From assembly GCA_044225365.1 (NCBI GenBank), contig JBGAIQ010000002.1, forward strand, positions 192,001 to 256,000: a stretch of 64,000 bases of DNA. Direction: 5' to 3'. The translations under genes and the position numbers were made by a program. How positions within the stretch are numbered: the stretch's first letter is position 1; every line of letters starts with the position of its first letter. The stretch comes from Planctomycetota bacterium. Its GTDB lineage: Bacteria > Planctomycetota > B15-G4 > JADJEK01. Of the stretch, positions 28,466 to 40,783 are shown piece by piece. The notes below the pieces were generated by a model. That model saw nothing but the letters and a program-made list of their open reading frames with translations, was not told where the DNA came from and made no database searches.

Positions 28466-31380
28466 ATGCCGACGTCATCCCCACGTATCGTTGGAGCCTC
28501 CTGCTTCACGGGCATCGCTCGGGTCGCTGCGATCCTGTTCGGTTCTCTGGCTCCGGTGCTCGCCACGGAACCGGTGGTCGCGACGACTCTCGAATCGAGT
28601 CCGAAGGAATCGGCAGGCACCACTGCGCCCGCGCTGCGCGCATCGAACCACTGGGCGTTCACGGCTCCCGCGGTCCCCGCACTGCCCGTGGTCGTCCACA
28701 CGACCTGGCCGCGATCCGACCTCGATCGCTTCGTGCTCGCACGCCTCGAGGCCGAGAATTTGATCCCGAGCGACGAAGCGGACCGCGCCACGCTCCTGCG
28801 TCGTGTGACGTTCGATCTCACGGGATTGCCGCCGGCGCCCGAAGCGATCGAAGCGTTCGAACTCGACAGGCGCGACGATGCTTACGAGCGGGCCGTCGAC
28901 GGGCTCCTCGCGTCGCCGCACTTCGGCGAGCGCATGGCGTTGCCTTGGCTCGACCTCGCGCGTTACGCGGACTCGAATGGCTACGACTTCGACAACCCGC
29001 GCGAGATGTGGGCTTGGCGCGATTCCGTGATCGCCGCGTTCAATGCGAACCTGTCGTTCGATCGGTTCACGATCGAACAACTCGCGGGAGATCTGCTTCC
29101 GAACCCCACGCTCGATCAGTGCATCGCGAGCGGATTCCTGCGCAATCAGCCCCTCGCCTACGAAATGGCGGGGCAAGTTGGAGAGTACGAGCACCAATAC
29201 GTCTCCGATCGAGTGAGCACGTTCGCGACGACCTGGCTCGGCTTGACGATCGGCTGCGCGCAGTGCCACGATCACAAATTCGATCCGATCTCGCAGCGCG
29301 ACTACTATCGCCTCTACGCGATCTTCAACGACTGCGACGACGCCGGGATCCGCACCGATCTCGAGAACCCGGTTCCCTACATTCGCCTGCCTTCCAAGGA
29401 ACAGGCTACCCAGCTCGCGACGATGGAGGCGAAGATCGCGTCGATCCGGGACGCGGTGAACGCCGCCACGATCCCGTTCGAGTCGGAGTTCCGGCGATTC
29501 CTCGCGAGTGAGCGATCCCACGCGATCGGGGATGCGCCGCAACCCGACTTGCGATTCCCGCTCGATGAAGAGGTTCCTGGCGACGCCGTCCTCTCTGGAA
29601 TCGGCAAGGCGACCTGGATCCCTGGTGTCGAGATCCGCGGGAAGGCGGTTCTCCTCGATGGCAAGAACGAGTTCGTCGACTGCGGTGATCGCGGCGAATT
29701 CCATTCCGACGAGCCGTTCTCGATCGCGGCGTACGTGCGCGTCGAAGGGCGCGGCAATCGCGGCGATGCGACGATCGTCTGTCGCTCGGACGGCGGACAC
29801 GACGGGCGTGGCTATCGCCTGTCGCTCGCGCAGGGGAAGCCCGCGTTCCAGCTCGATGCGACGGCCGGCGACACGGGCATGGTCAAGATCATCGCTCGCG
29901 ACGCGCTCGACCTCGGCCGCTGGCATCACCTCGTCGCAACCTACGACGGATCGCGTCTTCGCACGGGCCTGAAGCTCTATGTCGACGGCGCGCCCGTGGA
30001 GCTCGCATCGATCCCGAAGGCATCGCCTGCTCCGAATTCGCGTCTGGTGGGAGAGATCTGCGAGCGTGGCGACCGGGTGCCGCTCCTCATCGGATGTGGG
30101 GATGGAACTCCCTACGAGGGAGCGATCGACGATGTGCGCATGTACCGTCGCGAGCTCGATTCCGCCGCCGTCGAAGCGGTCGTCCATGAACAGGCTCACG
30201 CGCTTGCGAGTCTCGACGAGCGAAACGTCGATCAGGATCTCTGGCTGAGGGAGTGGTTCGCCGTTCGGCGATCCGCGGTGATGAAGCCGCTGCGCGACGA
30301 ACTCGTCGCGTGGTCCGCGCGCCGCGACGAGGTGCTCGCGGCGACTCCCGTGACGTCGGTGAGCGAGCGTCTCGCGAGTCCTCCCGCGACGCACCTCCTC
30401 GTGCGCGGCGATTACACGAATCCCGGCGAGGTCGTCGAGGGCGGCACCCCGAGCGTGCTTCCGCAGCTCCCCAAAGGCGTGCGCGCGGACCGACTCGCTC
30501 TCGCGCATTGGCTCGTCGCGAAGGAGAATCCACTCTTCTCGCGCGTCGCGGTGAATCGCTTCTGGAAGTCGTTCTTCGGACGTGGACTCGTTTCGACGAG
30601 CGACGACTTCGGACTGCGCGGGGAGGCGCCCACGAATCGCGAACTCCTCGACTTCCTGGCCTGTGAGTTCGTCGCTTCGGGATACGACGTGAAGGCGCTC
30701 GTTCGAACGATCGTCACGTCTGCGACGTACCGTCAGTCGAGCCACGTCGATCCGCGCGTCCTCGCGCTCGATCCCGAGAATCGATGGTTGTCGCGCGCAA
30801 CCCGCCTGCGACTCGATGCCGAGTTCCTGATGGACAACGCGCTCTCGATCGGGGGGCTGCTCGATCCCACGGTCTTCGGGAAATCGGTGCCGGCCTACGA
30901 CGAAGCCGCGGCGAACGCGGCGCTGTCGGGCACGCTCCTGCGCCGGGGCCTCTACGTCGAAGTGAAGCGCTCCAAGCCGAACCTCATGTTCGCGGCGTTC
31001 GACGCGTCGACTCGCGAAGTGTGCCGTGCGGACCGCGTGCGCACGACGACTCCGCTCCAAGCACTCGCGCTCCTCAACGAACCGACGAACGTGGCCGCGA
31101 GCAAGGGCCTCGCTCGAAGGTTGCTCGCGATCGCCGGGAACGACCGATCGCGGCTCGAATACGGCATGCGTTGCTGCGTGGGTCGCGCTCCCAGCGATCG
31201 CGAGATCGCAGTCCTCGTCAACCTCCTCGCGAAGATGCGTGCCGACCGAGCACCCCGTTCCGAACCGGCCAACGACTTCCTGGGCCCGCTCGATCGCGAT
31301 TCGAGGAATGCCGAATACTCCGCATGGGCGGACGTGGCGAGTGTGCTTCTCAATCTCGACGAGACGTCGACGCGAGGCTG

Positions 31381-31381
<1 letters not shown>
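28466..31381 (+). CDS. DUF1549/DUF1553 (PSCyt2/PSD1) planctomycete cytochrome-like protein with a LamG insert
   Basis: HWAF, LLRRVTFDLTGLPP, HFGERMA..WLDLARYADS, CAQCHDHKFDP, LamG WHHLVATYDG, RVAVNRFW..FGRGLV, TTPLQAL. Confidence 0.93.
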
Positions 31382-32823
<1,442 letters not shown>

Positions 32824-32847
32824 CGCTCCGGACGAATCACGCGCCCA

Positions 32848-35800
32848 TCAGCGCGAGGGCGCGTCGAGCGATCGGGCGAGGACGGCGAACGCCGCTCGCT
32901 CCTTCGCCGCGTCGGACTCGTACTCGGAGTGGATCGCCGCGATCACGTCGTCGATCGCAGGGAGCTGCTCGCGGAGCTTCGACACTTTCGGTTCGACGTC
33001 CTGTTCGAGACGTCGCAACGCGACGAGCTGCGCGTAGCGCTCGGTTCGGGGAGTCGTGTCGAAGACGTGCAGGGACGAATCGGCGGCCGCGGACACGAGC
33101 TGACTGCCATCCGGGCTGAACACGAGGCTCGAAACGTACTTGAGGCTCCCGGGGAGATCGAGCAACGGTTCCAGCGTGTCGGCGTCGTAGACCCGCACGA
33201 GATTGTCGTTGCCGCCCGAGGCGAGGCGGGTGCCGTCGGGGGAATAGGCGAGGCACAAGACGCCGTCGGCGTGACACTTCGCGTCCGAGAGCTTCGCGTG
33301 CGTCTTCAAGTCGAAGATCGCGATTCGCCCGTCGTTCAAGCCGCAGGCGACTCGTCGCCCATCGGGGTGGAGAGCAACGGACCATGTATCGCGCTCGAGT
33401 GCGGCTTCGATCGCCCCCGTCCTCGAATCACGTACGATCGCCTGACACGGAAACAACTCCGCGCCGCTCGCCACATGGTGATTCTTCGAATCCTGGGCGA
33501 CCTTGCTGCCGAGTTGCGTCGGAGAGTCGTCGCGTTCTTGCCAGGATTGGAGGGGAGCTCCGGTCGTTCCGATGGAGAAGGGCACGGAACCGTAATGACT
33601 CGGTCCGAGCGCGCCGAAATCCCCGAGCCAGAACACGGTGACCTCGAGAGCATCGGCGAGGCTCGCAAGATCGGCTTCGAGTCGCCGCGACACGGCCCAG
33701 GGCGGCGAGAACTCGAGATGCGCCGGACGATCGGCCGCGGGAAGTTCGGCGACGAACCGGATCGAATCTCGGGGTTGTCCGGTGAACATCGCTTCGAGCT
33801 TCGGTCCACTCGCGCTGCGCCACACGACGACACGATTCTCCGAGTCGAACTGCAGGTACTCGCGCTCCGCGCGAAAGTGCGCGGCGAGTTCGGCGGATGC
33901 GATTGGGGGAAACGCCGCGGTCTGGCCCGCTCCTCGTGCCGCCAGGTAGCGCTCGATCGCGGCGTTCTCGTCTTGACGCAAGAGGCCGCGAAATACGATC
34001 AACTCGACCATCGTCCCGGAGAAGTCGTTCCCGGCGCCGATCTCCTCGCCGATCCAGAGCCGGGGATGAGGTCCCGCCGCTCCGCCGATCGCCGCTCGGC
34101 TCGCGCCGACCAGCACCTCGCCCGGCTGCACCGCGAGTTCCCTCGAATCGACGAAGGCTCGCGTGGCGTCGCGAGCGAATTCCGTGCGCCAGACGTGGCG
34201 GGCGGCCTTGTCCGATTCGCTCATGAGCGAAGAGCCCGTGGGAACGACGATGCGGCTCCCATTCGTCGCGGTCCATCCCAGCGACAGCGGTGGAGCGGCG
34301 CGAATCACTCGAGACTTTCCATCGACCCAGCGCACGAGCTCCGTGCCGCCCGATACCTCGCTGCCGATCCACTCGCCGAGACGATCGAATCCGTTCGCCG
34401 TCGAGACGGTCGACGGGAGCCGCTTCAAGACGGCGAGATCGAGTGGATTCCAGACGATTCGTTCGCCCCATCGTGAATTCGAGAGCAGAAGCGATCCGTC
34501 GCCGGAGAACTGCAGTTCGGCCGCGAGCGCGCCGCGGTCCTCGACCGTTCGCGATCGTTTCTCGGTGAGCGTCCAGTAGGCGAGCGACTGCGGCTCTCGC
34601 GTGACGATCCGATCGTTGCCACACAGCACGGCGCTCTGCGAATCGGGAGTAGAGAGAAGCGCGATCTCCTTCTTCCCGAACCCGTCCCACAGACGGACCG
34701 TCCCGTCCTTCGACGTCGAAACGATGCGACCGTCCGCCGTGAACTCCACGTCGGTGACCGCGTCCTGATGGCCGTAGAGGACTGCCGTGCGTTCGAGCGA
34801 TTCGAGATCGAAGACCATCACCTCGTGCTTCTCGCAGCCGGTCGCGAACCGTTTGCCGTCCGCGGAGACGGCGAGGACGCGTGGAATCTGCGGAAGCGAG
34901 AGGGGAGTCGCCAGTTTGGGTGCGAGCGTCGAGGAATCATAGATCGCGAGCGAGTCCTCGCCGGTCGGTGTGTACATCACGAGGATCCGTGAGCCGTCCG
35001 CGTCGAATTCGATCACGGGCTCGCGGACCATCATTGGCAGCGGCGTGTCGACGAAATGGCCCTCGGTGCCGGAATGAAGACGGCTGCCAGCCGTGAACGC
35101 CACCCGGCTCCCCGATCGATCGATCGCGATCGCGGTGATCGGAAGGTCGCTCTTGGTCCAGGTGGCGAACGCACCACTCGCTCGACGATCGGCGACGACG
35201 ACGCGCGAGTCGGAGAGCACGGCGACCACCGCGGACCCGTCGGGAGTCGCGGCCCAGTGCACGATGTCGCGCGGTGCGTCGAACGTCGCTCTCGATTCGC
35301 CGATCGTCGGGTCCCAGAGTGTGATCGAACGAGGCGTGGACTGTGCGGCGACCAGCGAGCCGTTCGCGACCGCCACCAAGCGAGAATCGCCGGCGACCGT
35401 CCCGAACCGCAGGAGGAGCCCGGAGAGCTGCGCCGACAAGTACCTCCACTCCCAGCCGCGCAGCGCTTCCGGAACGGCGTCCAGCGAGCGTCTTGCCGCT
35501 CGCGGATCCCGGTCGAAATTCGCCGAGGCCGCGGCCAGATTCGCACGGTAGGCCTCTCGCGACTCGCGGAGGGCGGACCGCTGCGCGTCGTCGGCGCTCT
35601 GTTTCGCGCGGAGCGCGAACATGACCGCGAACACGAGTCCGATCGTGAGCGCGGTGATCGTCGCCACCACGCCCGCGACGAGCGCCCGGTGACGCTGTGT
35701 GAATCGTCGAAGTCGGTACCACGAACTCGGCGCACGGGCGACGATCGGCTCTCCCGCAAGATGGTGCGCGAGATCGGCCGAGAGATCCCGAACGCTGGCG

Positions 35801-36831
35801 TAGCGCCGCTCGGGTTCCTTCTCGAGGCACTTGCGGAGGATGGCCTCGAGAGCACCGCGAAAGCCCGAGTTCACGACCGAGATGGGAGTGGGATCGGTGT
35901 TGCGGATGATCTCGATGGCATCGGGGAGCGAACGCCCACGGACGTCGTAGGGCATGCGGTGCGTGAGCAATTCGTAGAGGACGACCCCGAGCGAGTAGAT
36001 GTCGCTCGCTGTAGAGATCTGCGAGTTCCGACCCGCGGCCTGCTCCGGACTCATGTACGGCAGCGAGCCCATCACCTGGCCGGTGCCCGTCATGATCGTC
36101 CCGTGGAAGTCGTTGTCGCTAAGTCGAGCGATTCCGAAGTCGAGGACCTTCGGCTCCGGAATGGGCGCATCCTTCGAGCCGGAATCTGCGACCTTCACGA
36201 CGAGGATGTTGTCCGGCTTGATGTCGCGGTGGATGATGCCCTGCTCGTGCGCGTATTGAATCGCGTCACAGACCTTGAGGAAGATCTGCAGGCGAGCCGT
36301 CGTGCCCAGCGCTTCCTCGCGTGCGTAGCGCACGAGGGAGACTCCATCGACGAACTCCATCGCGATGTACGGCATCACCGCGGAGTCCTGCTCGAACTCG
36401 CCGGACTCGAAGATCTGAGCGATCCCGGGGTGACGCAGCCGCCGCAGGATCTCCGCTTCCCGACGGAAGCGGCGCACGAGTTCGGGTCGCAGCGTCGCCG
36501 CCTGGATCACCTTGAGGGCGACGCGTCGGTTCGTCGAATCCTCGATGGCGTCGTACACGATGCCCATTCCGCCGACACCGCAGATGCCGGTGATGCGGAA
36601 GTTGCCGATCGCTTCGGGGTGACGCCGCTGGAAGCGCGTCACGGACGGGCTCGCGAGCGCCGTCGAACTCGGCGCATCGCCGTCCGACGCCAGAAGAAGA
36701 TGCTCGATCTCCACGCGCAATTCGAGATCCCCGGCGCAAACGCGTGAGAGGAATTCCTCGCGCGAGCCCTTCGTCTTCTCCTGCGCTTGCAGGAAGAGCG
36801 CTTTCACCAGCTGGTAGCGCTCGGGGTCCAT
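32848..36831 (-). CDS. Hanks-type Ser/Thr kinase with TM helix and WD40 repeats
   Basis: GVGGMGIVY, VALKVI, HRDIKPDN, DFGIA, YMSPEQ, DIYSLG; WD40 GHQDAVTDVEF..TVRLWD. Start MDPERY. Confidence 0.95.
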   Translation of the reverse strand: MDPERYQLVKALFLQAQEKTKGSREEFLSRVCAGDLELRVEIEHLLLASDGDAPSSTALASPSVTRFQRRHPEAIGNFRITGICGVGGMGIVYDAIEDSTNRRVALKVIQAATLRPELVRRFRREAEILRRLRHPGIAQIFESGEFEQDSAVMPYIAMEFVDGVSLVRYAREEALGTTARLQIFLKVCDAIQYAHEQGIIHRDIKPDNILVVKVADSGSKDAPIPEPKVLDFGIARLSDNDFHGTIMTGTGQVMGSLPYMSPEQAAGRNSQISTASDIYSLGVVLYELLTHRMPYDVRGRSLPDAIEIIRNTDPTPISVVNSGFRGALEAILRKCLEKEPERRYASVRDLSADLAHHLAGEPIVARAPSSWYRLRRFTQRHRALVAGVVATITALTIGLVFAVMFALRAKQSADDAQRSALRESREAYRANLAAASANFDRDPRAARRSLDAVPEALRGWEWRYLSAQLSGLLLRFGTVAGDSRLVAVANGSLVAAQSTPRSITLWDPTIGESRATFDAPRDIVHWAATPDGSAVVAVLSDSRVVVADRRASGAFATWTKSDLPITAIAIDRSGSRVAFTAGSRLHSGTEGHFVDTPLPMMVREPVIEFDADGSRILVMYTPTGEDSLAIYDSSTLAPKLATPLSLPQIPRVLAVSADGKRFATGCEKHEVMVFDLESLERTAVLYGHQDAVTDVEFTADGRIVSTSKDGTVRLWDGFGKKEIALLSTPDSQSAVLCGNDRIVTREPQSLAYWTLTEKRSRTVEDRGALAAELQFSGDGSLLLSNSRWGERIVWNPLDLAVLKRLPSTVSTANGFDRLGEWIGSEVSGGTELVRWVDGKSRVIRAAPPLSLGWTATNGSRIVVPTGSSLMSESDKAARHVWRTEFARDATRAFVDSRELAVQPGEVLVGASRAAIGGAAGPHPRLWIGEEIGAGNDFSGTMVELIVFRGLLRQDENAAIERYLAARGAGQTAAFPPIASAELAAHFRAEREYLQFDSENRVVVWRSASGPKLEAMFTGQPRDSIRFVAELPAADRPAHLEFSPPWAVSRRLEADLASLADALEVTVFWLGDFGALGPSHYGSVPFSIGTTGAPLQSWQERDDSPTQLGSKVAQDSKNHHVASGAELFPCQAIVRDSRTGAIEAALERDTWSVALHPDGRRVACGLNDGRIAIFDLKTHAKLSDAKCHADGVLCLAYSPDGTRLASGGNDNLVRVYDADTLEPLLDLPGSLKYVSSLVFSPDGSQLVSAAADSSLHVFDTTPRTERYAQLVALRRLEQDVEPKVSKLREQLPAIDDVIAAIHSEYESDAAKERAAFAVLARSLDAPSR

Positions 36832-36971
36832 CGAAGTACGGAGCCTCCAGATCCAAGGCGTTCGCATGGCGCCGCGCCCGCTGCCGGCGTTCTCGCGATG
36901 ATCCCCTCAGGATAAGCAATCGCGGCGCGATGGAGCGGGTTCCCGCCAGCGAGTCGCGGAATTCCCGACCC

Positions 36972-37502
36972 TCATTTCTGGGCGATGAACCGTTGCAGCC
37001 ACGCTCGAGCGAAGGCCCATTCGCGACGCACGGTGCGCTCGTTCACTCCGAGCAAGGCGCCGATCTCCTGTTCGGTGAGGCCGGCATGGATCTTCAACTT
37101 CACGACCTTTCCGAGTCGCGGGTCGATCGCTTCGAGATCCGTGATCGCATCGTCGATCTGCGCGATGCCGTCGATGTCGCCCCGCGTGGCGAGATCGACC
37201 ACCGAGATGTCTTCGCGACGTCCTTCGCCGCCACGCTTCACGCGGCCCTTGCTTCGCGCATGATCGATGAGGATTCGCCGCATGGCGTCGGCGGCCGCGC
37301 CGAGGAATCGGGAGTCCTCCGCGCCGGCGAGTTCGCGCTCGCGCGAGAGTTTCAGGTACGCCTCGTTCACGAGAGCCGTGGGTTGCAACGTGTGGCCCGC
37401 TCGCTCGTCCTTCAGTTGACGCGCCGCGATGGCGCGCAATTCCGACTGGAGCTGCGCGAAGAGTCGGTCGAGTGCCGGGTCGGAAACGTCATCCTCCGCC
37501 AT
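36972..37502 (-). CDS. ECF sigma factor of the kinase-associated TIGR02999/ECF43 type
   Basis: GHTLQPTALVNEAYLKL, AMRRILIDHAR, RTVRREWAFARAWL. Directly upstream of the kinase. Confidence 0.92.
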   Translation of the reverse strand: MAEDDVSDPALDRLFAQLQSELRAIAARQLKDERAGHTLQPTALVNEAYLKLSRERELAGAEDSRFLGAAADAMRRILIDHARSKGRVKRGGEGRREDISVVDLATRGDIDGIAQIDDAITDLEAIDPRLGKVVKLKIHAGLTEQEIGALLGVNERTVRREWAFARAWLQRFIAQK

Positions 37503-37544
37503 CGACCATTGCTTCCTAATGCGCGGCCACGGAGGGAATCGCGA

Positions 37545-38036
37545 CTACTGCGGTTTCTCGGGATCGAACGGGATGGCGATGCGATCCCCGGAAAGGAACC
37601 GCGGCGTGAACACCGAGAGCGCAATCGTACCGTGCGGATCCTTGTTGATGTAGGCGTGCGGAGTGTTCCGCGGGATGTGGACCATCATCCCTGCCTTCAC
37701 CGAGCGCCATTCGCGTTCGATCAAGAGGTCACCGCTACCTTGGAGGATGTACACCGTCTCCTCCGATCGTTCGTGGAGGTGTGGGTCGATCCGTCCCGCG
37801 ACGCGCACGAGGTTCACGCTGAGGTCGTCGCGATCCGCGAGCAGGGGCACGAGCCATGGATCGGCCGGCGGCGTTGCGGAGATGAACTCGTTGGCGTCGA
37901 CGAGGATCGGCAACTTCGGCGGCGGCTCGGGCTTGATCAGCGAGAATCCGGGGAACAGCGTCTCGCAGCCGGGCAGCGCGAACGCAAGCGCGATCAGCGT
38001 CGATGGGATCCGGATCGCTCGGCGGGGCCGTTTCAT
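37545..38036 (-). CDS. Cupin-domain lipoprotein
   Basis: Lipobox LPGC; HLHERSEETVYILQG, GMMVHIPRNTPH. ATGA overlap with the sulfatase-like gene. Confidence 0.85.
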   Translation of the reverse strand: MKRPRRAIRIPSTLIALAFALPGCETLFPGFSLIKPEPPPKLPILVDANEFISATPPADPWLVPLLADRDDLSVNLVRVAGRIDPHLHERSEETVYILQGSGDLLIEREWRSVKAGMMVHIPRNTPHAYINKDPHGTIALSVFTPRFLSGDRIAIPFDPEKPQ

Positions 38037-39553
38037 TTGTCTTCTCCGCATTCGATTCGCGGGAGTTCGGACGAGGCGTGGCCCACGTACCCGAGTTCGC
38101 GCAACGCGGCGTCCTCGGTCGACGTGCTCACCGCGGTTCGGTGCGCGGGATCGGAGAGGAATCGTTCGAGGACGGCTTTCAACCGCCGCGCCTCGGGGTG
38201 TCCTTTCCGGTACTCGTCGTTCTGCTCCAACGGATCCAAGCCGACGTTGTACAACTCGCGACAGCGGTAGGGGAAGCCGATTCCTGGAGTGGCGTCGAAC
38301 GGTGGATTGCGTGGCTGATATCCGCCGGGATCGTCGATCAGCTTCCAAGAGCCGTCGGACGCGGAGAAGATCAGGTCTTCCCATTCGGCGATCACGAATT
38401 CGCGACCCGTCGCTCCGGATTCGCCTCGAACGAGGGGCATCAGGTCGAGCGCTTCGACGCCACTCGGCAGGTCGCCCGCTCGCAGTCCGGCGGCGTCGAG
38501 GATCGTCGCGAAGACATCGAAGTTCTGAACCAGAGCCGAGACCCGGCGACCTTTCGCCATCGCGCCGGGACCGGCGATGACGAGAGGGACGTGCAGCGAA
38601 GTGTCGTAGATCGAATTGCCGTGGCCGAAGTAGCGGTGATGCTCGCCGAGATCCTCGCCATGATCCGCCGAGTAGATCCGCAACGCCCCTTCGAGCCGGC
38701 CCTTCTTCGCGAGTGCGTCCGCGATCCGCTGGAGCTTCGAATCGCAACCCTTGACGCTCGCGAGGTAGAGATCGCGAACGTGCGCGATGTCGGCGCTCTT
38801 CAGCGCTTGCGTGCCGAGGGTGTAGGCGCGCAGCTTCGGCGCGTTTCCGGCACCCGGATTCGCGGGATCGGAACGCAGGATGCCGTCGTACTCATCGTCG
38901 CGATACTTCGCGGCATCGCTCGGGTCGGGCGTGTACGGCTCGTGGGCGTCGAAGAGATGCACCCAGAGGAAGAGCGGCGCATCGCCGTCGCGATGGGCCG
39001 GCAGGCTCGCGATGAACCGCTCGCACGCGGCGGTGGCGCGTTCATCCCACTCGCGTTGTCCCTCGGGCCGTCGGGCCTCCGCGAGGAAGTCGTTCCCAGT
39101 TCCATCCTCGGCGATGTCGAAGCCGCGTTGCCAGAAGGGAAAGCGCGCGCGATCGAGCCCTGAGCAGAAGGCGGCGGTGCGATACCCGGCGCGCTTGAGG
39201 AGCACCGGCAACGGCGTCTCTTCGGCGCGCAGCGGCATCCCGTTGCGCCGCAGTCCGTGCGCGGCCGGGTACTTTCCGGTGAGGATCGATGCGAGCGATG
39301 GGTGAGTCTGGCCGCGCGGCGCATAGGCGCGCTCGAAGAGCACGCCCTCGCTCGCCCAGGAATCGGCGAGGGGGGTCGGCGATGTGCGTCCCACCCAACT
39401 CGCAGCAGGCGCGCCGACGACGTCGGCCCGCAAAGTATCGATCGTGAACAAAATGACGTCGGGCGCCCGCTCATGACGTGAGCAGGCGCCCGTCGCTGGA
39501 ATCGCAATCAGGATCGCGCCGACGAGCAGCCGGCGGAATCGATTCGCCGTCAC
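38033..39553 (-). CDS. Sulfatase-like hydrolase with non-canonical active-site motif
   Basis: ILFTIDTLRAD, QTHPSLASILTG, LWVHLFDAHEPY, ADHGE, HVPL, ELYNVGLDPLE. GTG start overlaps the upstream stop. Confidence 0.88.
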   Translation of the reverse strand: MTANRFRRLLVGAILIAIPATGACSRHERAPDVILFTIDTLRADVVGAPAASWVGRTSPTPLADSWASEGVLFERAYAPRGQTHPSLASILTGKYPAAHGLRRNGMPLRAEETPLPVLLKRAGYRTAAFCSGLDRARFPFWQRGFDIAEDGTGNDFLAEARRPEGQREWDERATAACERFIASLPAHRDGDAPLFLWVHLFDAHEPYTPDPSDAAKYRDDEYDGILRSDPANPGAGNAPKLRAYTLGTQALKSADIAHVRDLYLASVKGCDSKLQRIADALAKKGRLEGALRIYSADHGEDLGEHHRYFGHGNSIYDTSLHVPLVIAGPGAMAKGRRVSALVQNFDVFATILDAAGLRAGDLPSGVEALDLMPLVRGESGATGREFVIAEWEDLIFSASDGSWKLIDDPGGYQPRNPPFDATPGIGFPYRCRELYNVGLDPLEQNDEYRKGHPEARRLKAVLERFLSDPAHRTAVSTSTEDAALRELGYVGHASSELPRIECGEDK

Positions 39554-40647
39554 TCGATGTAGCGCGGTGCCTTGGTCTCGAACTTGGTGATCACCCAATG
39601 ACTGTCCTCGAGCCGCAGCGTGAGGAAGAGGTCGTACATCGAGCGACGATAGTGATGCAGCAGCGTCAGGTGGTATTCGAATTCCGCCGGTACGCCCCAA
39701 CGCAGCGTCGCGCCTTCGCAGCGGATCTGCACGTCGAGGTTGCCGTTGCCGTCGCGGAAATCCTGGGGCCGGAGCTGGTAGCCGTCGATCGTGACGTAAC
39801 CGCCCGACTTGTTCGCGGCGGCACCCGTGGGCGCACTTCCGCCCGAGTTGCCCGAAGCTCCCGACGCGCTGATCGAGGTCTTGCGCCAGAGTTCCTTCGA
39901 GAGCGTGTTCTTGAGGTCCTGCTCGTTCAACTCGTCGAGGGCGTTGACGAAGATGTCGACGATGTTGCCCTGCGGTTCGTAGTTCGCGAGCGGATAGTGC
40001 CGCAGGCCGAAATCGTCCTGCGCGGGATCGTCGGCCCAGAGGCCCACGATTGCGTCGTACACCTCGTAGGGTCGCACGAGGGCATCGGCGCCGATCAGGA
40101 AGTGAACCGTCGCGCCGACATCGAAGAGATTCTTCTCGATCTCCTTCACGGCCGCCTTGCCCTCGACGATCGGGGCTTCGTGCGGCAGGAAGTTCTTGAG
40201 CGCGAACTTCGGAATGCGACAGGCGGCGGCGTTCTTGCCGTACCACTCGGCGAGGTGCCAGTCGTTGATCCGCCAGCGGTTGTATTGGCCGTCCTCGTAC
40301 ACGCCGAGCGTGCGACCGTCGAAGCCGAGTCGCCAACTGCGGTAGTTGAGGTAGCTGACCCAGATCGCTTTCGTGACGTAGACCTCGACGCCGATACCCG
40401 GGCCCACTCCGATCGAGAGCTTGCCGACGTCGAGGCAGTCGAGCAATCGATTGGGGATGTACCACAGGATCCGCTGCTGCATCGGGACGTAGTCCGGCAT
40501 CTTCGCAGCCTTCTCGTTCGCAGCTTCGAGGCGTGGTCTCACGACCTCGATCGACTGACAATCGGGAGGCTTGGGAGAGAAGACGGAGCAGCCCTGGAAC
40601 GCAACACCTAGGACGGCAGCGGCGAGCAGCTGCACGCGGGGACGCAT
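39550..40647 (-). CDS. Hypothetical lipoprotein
   Basis: Lipobox FQGC; typical coding composition; translationally coupled to the sulfatase-like gene. Confidence 0.75.
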   Translation of the reverse strand: MRPRVQLLAAAVLGVAFQGCSVFSPKPPDCQSIEVVRPRLEAANEKAAKMPDYVPMQQRILWYIPNRLLDCLDVGKLSIGVGPGIGVEVYVTKAIWVSYLNYRSWRLGFDGRTLGVYEDGQYNRWRINDWHLAEWYGKNAAACRIPKFALKNFLPHEAPIVEGKAAVKEIEKNLFDVGATVHFLIGADALVRPYEVYDAIVGLWADDPAQDDFGLRHYPLANYEPQGNIVDIFVNALDELNEQDLKNTLSKELWRKTSISASGASGNSGGSAPTGAAANKSGGYVTIDGYQLRPQDFRDGNGNLDVQIRCEGATLRWGVPAEFEYHLTLLHHYRRSMYDLFLTLRLEDSHWVITKFETKAPRYIE

Positions 40648-40783
40648 GACGATTCTCCGGACTCGGTTCGGCAACCGTGTCATACCGGTGCAGAGATGCG
40701 GAATCAATCGCGCGTACCCTCCGAATCCGAGGGATGCAGACTTCTCTCCAGTTTTCGAAGCGCAGCGAGTAGAACGCGAGGGA

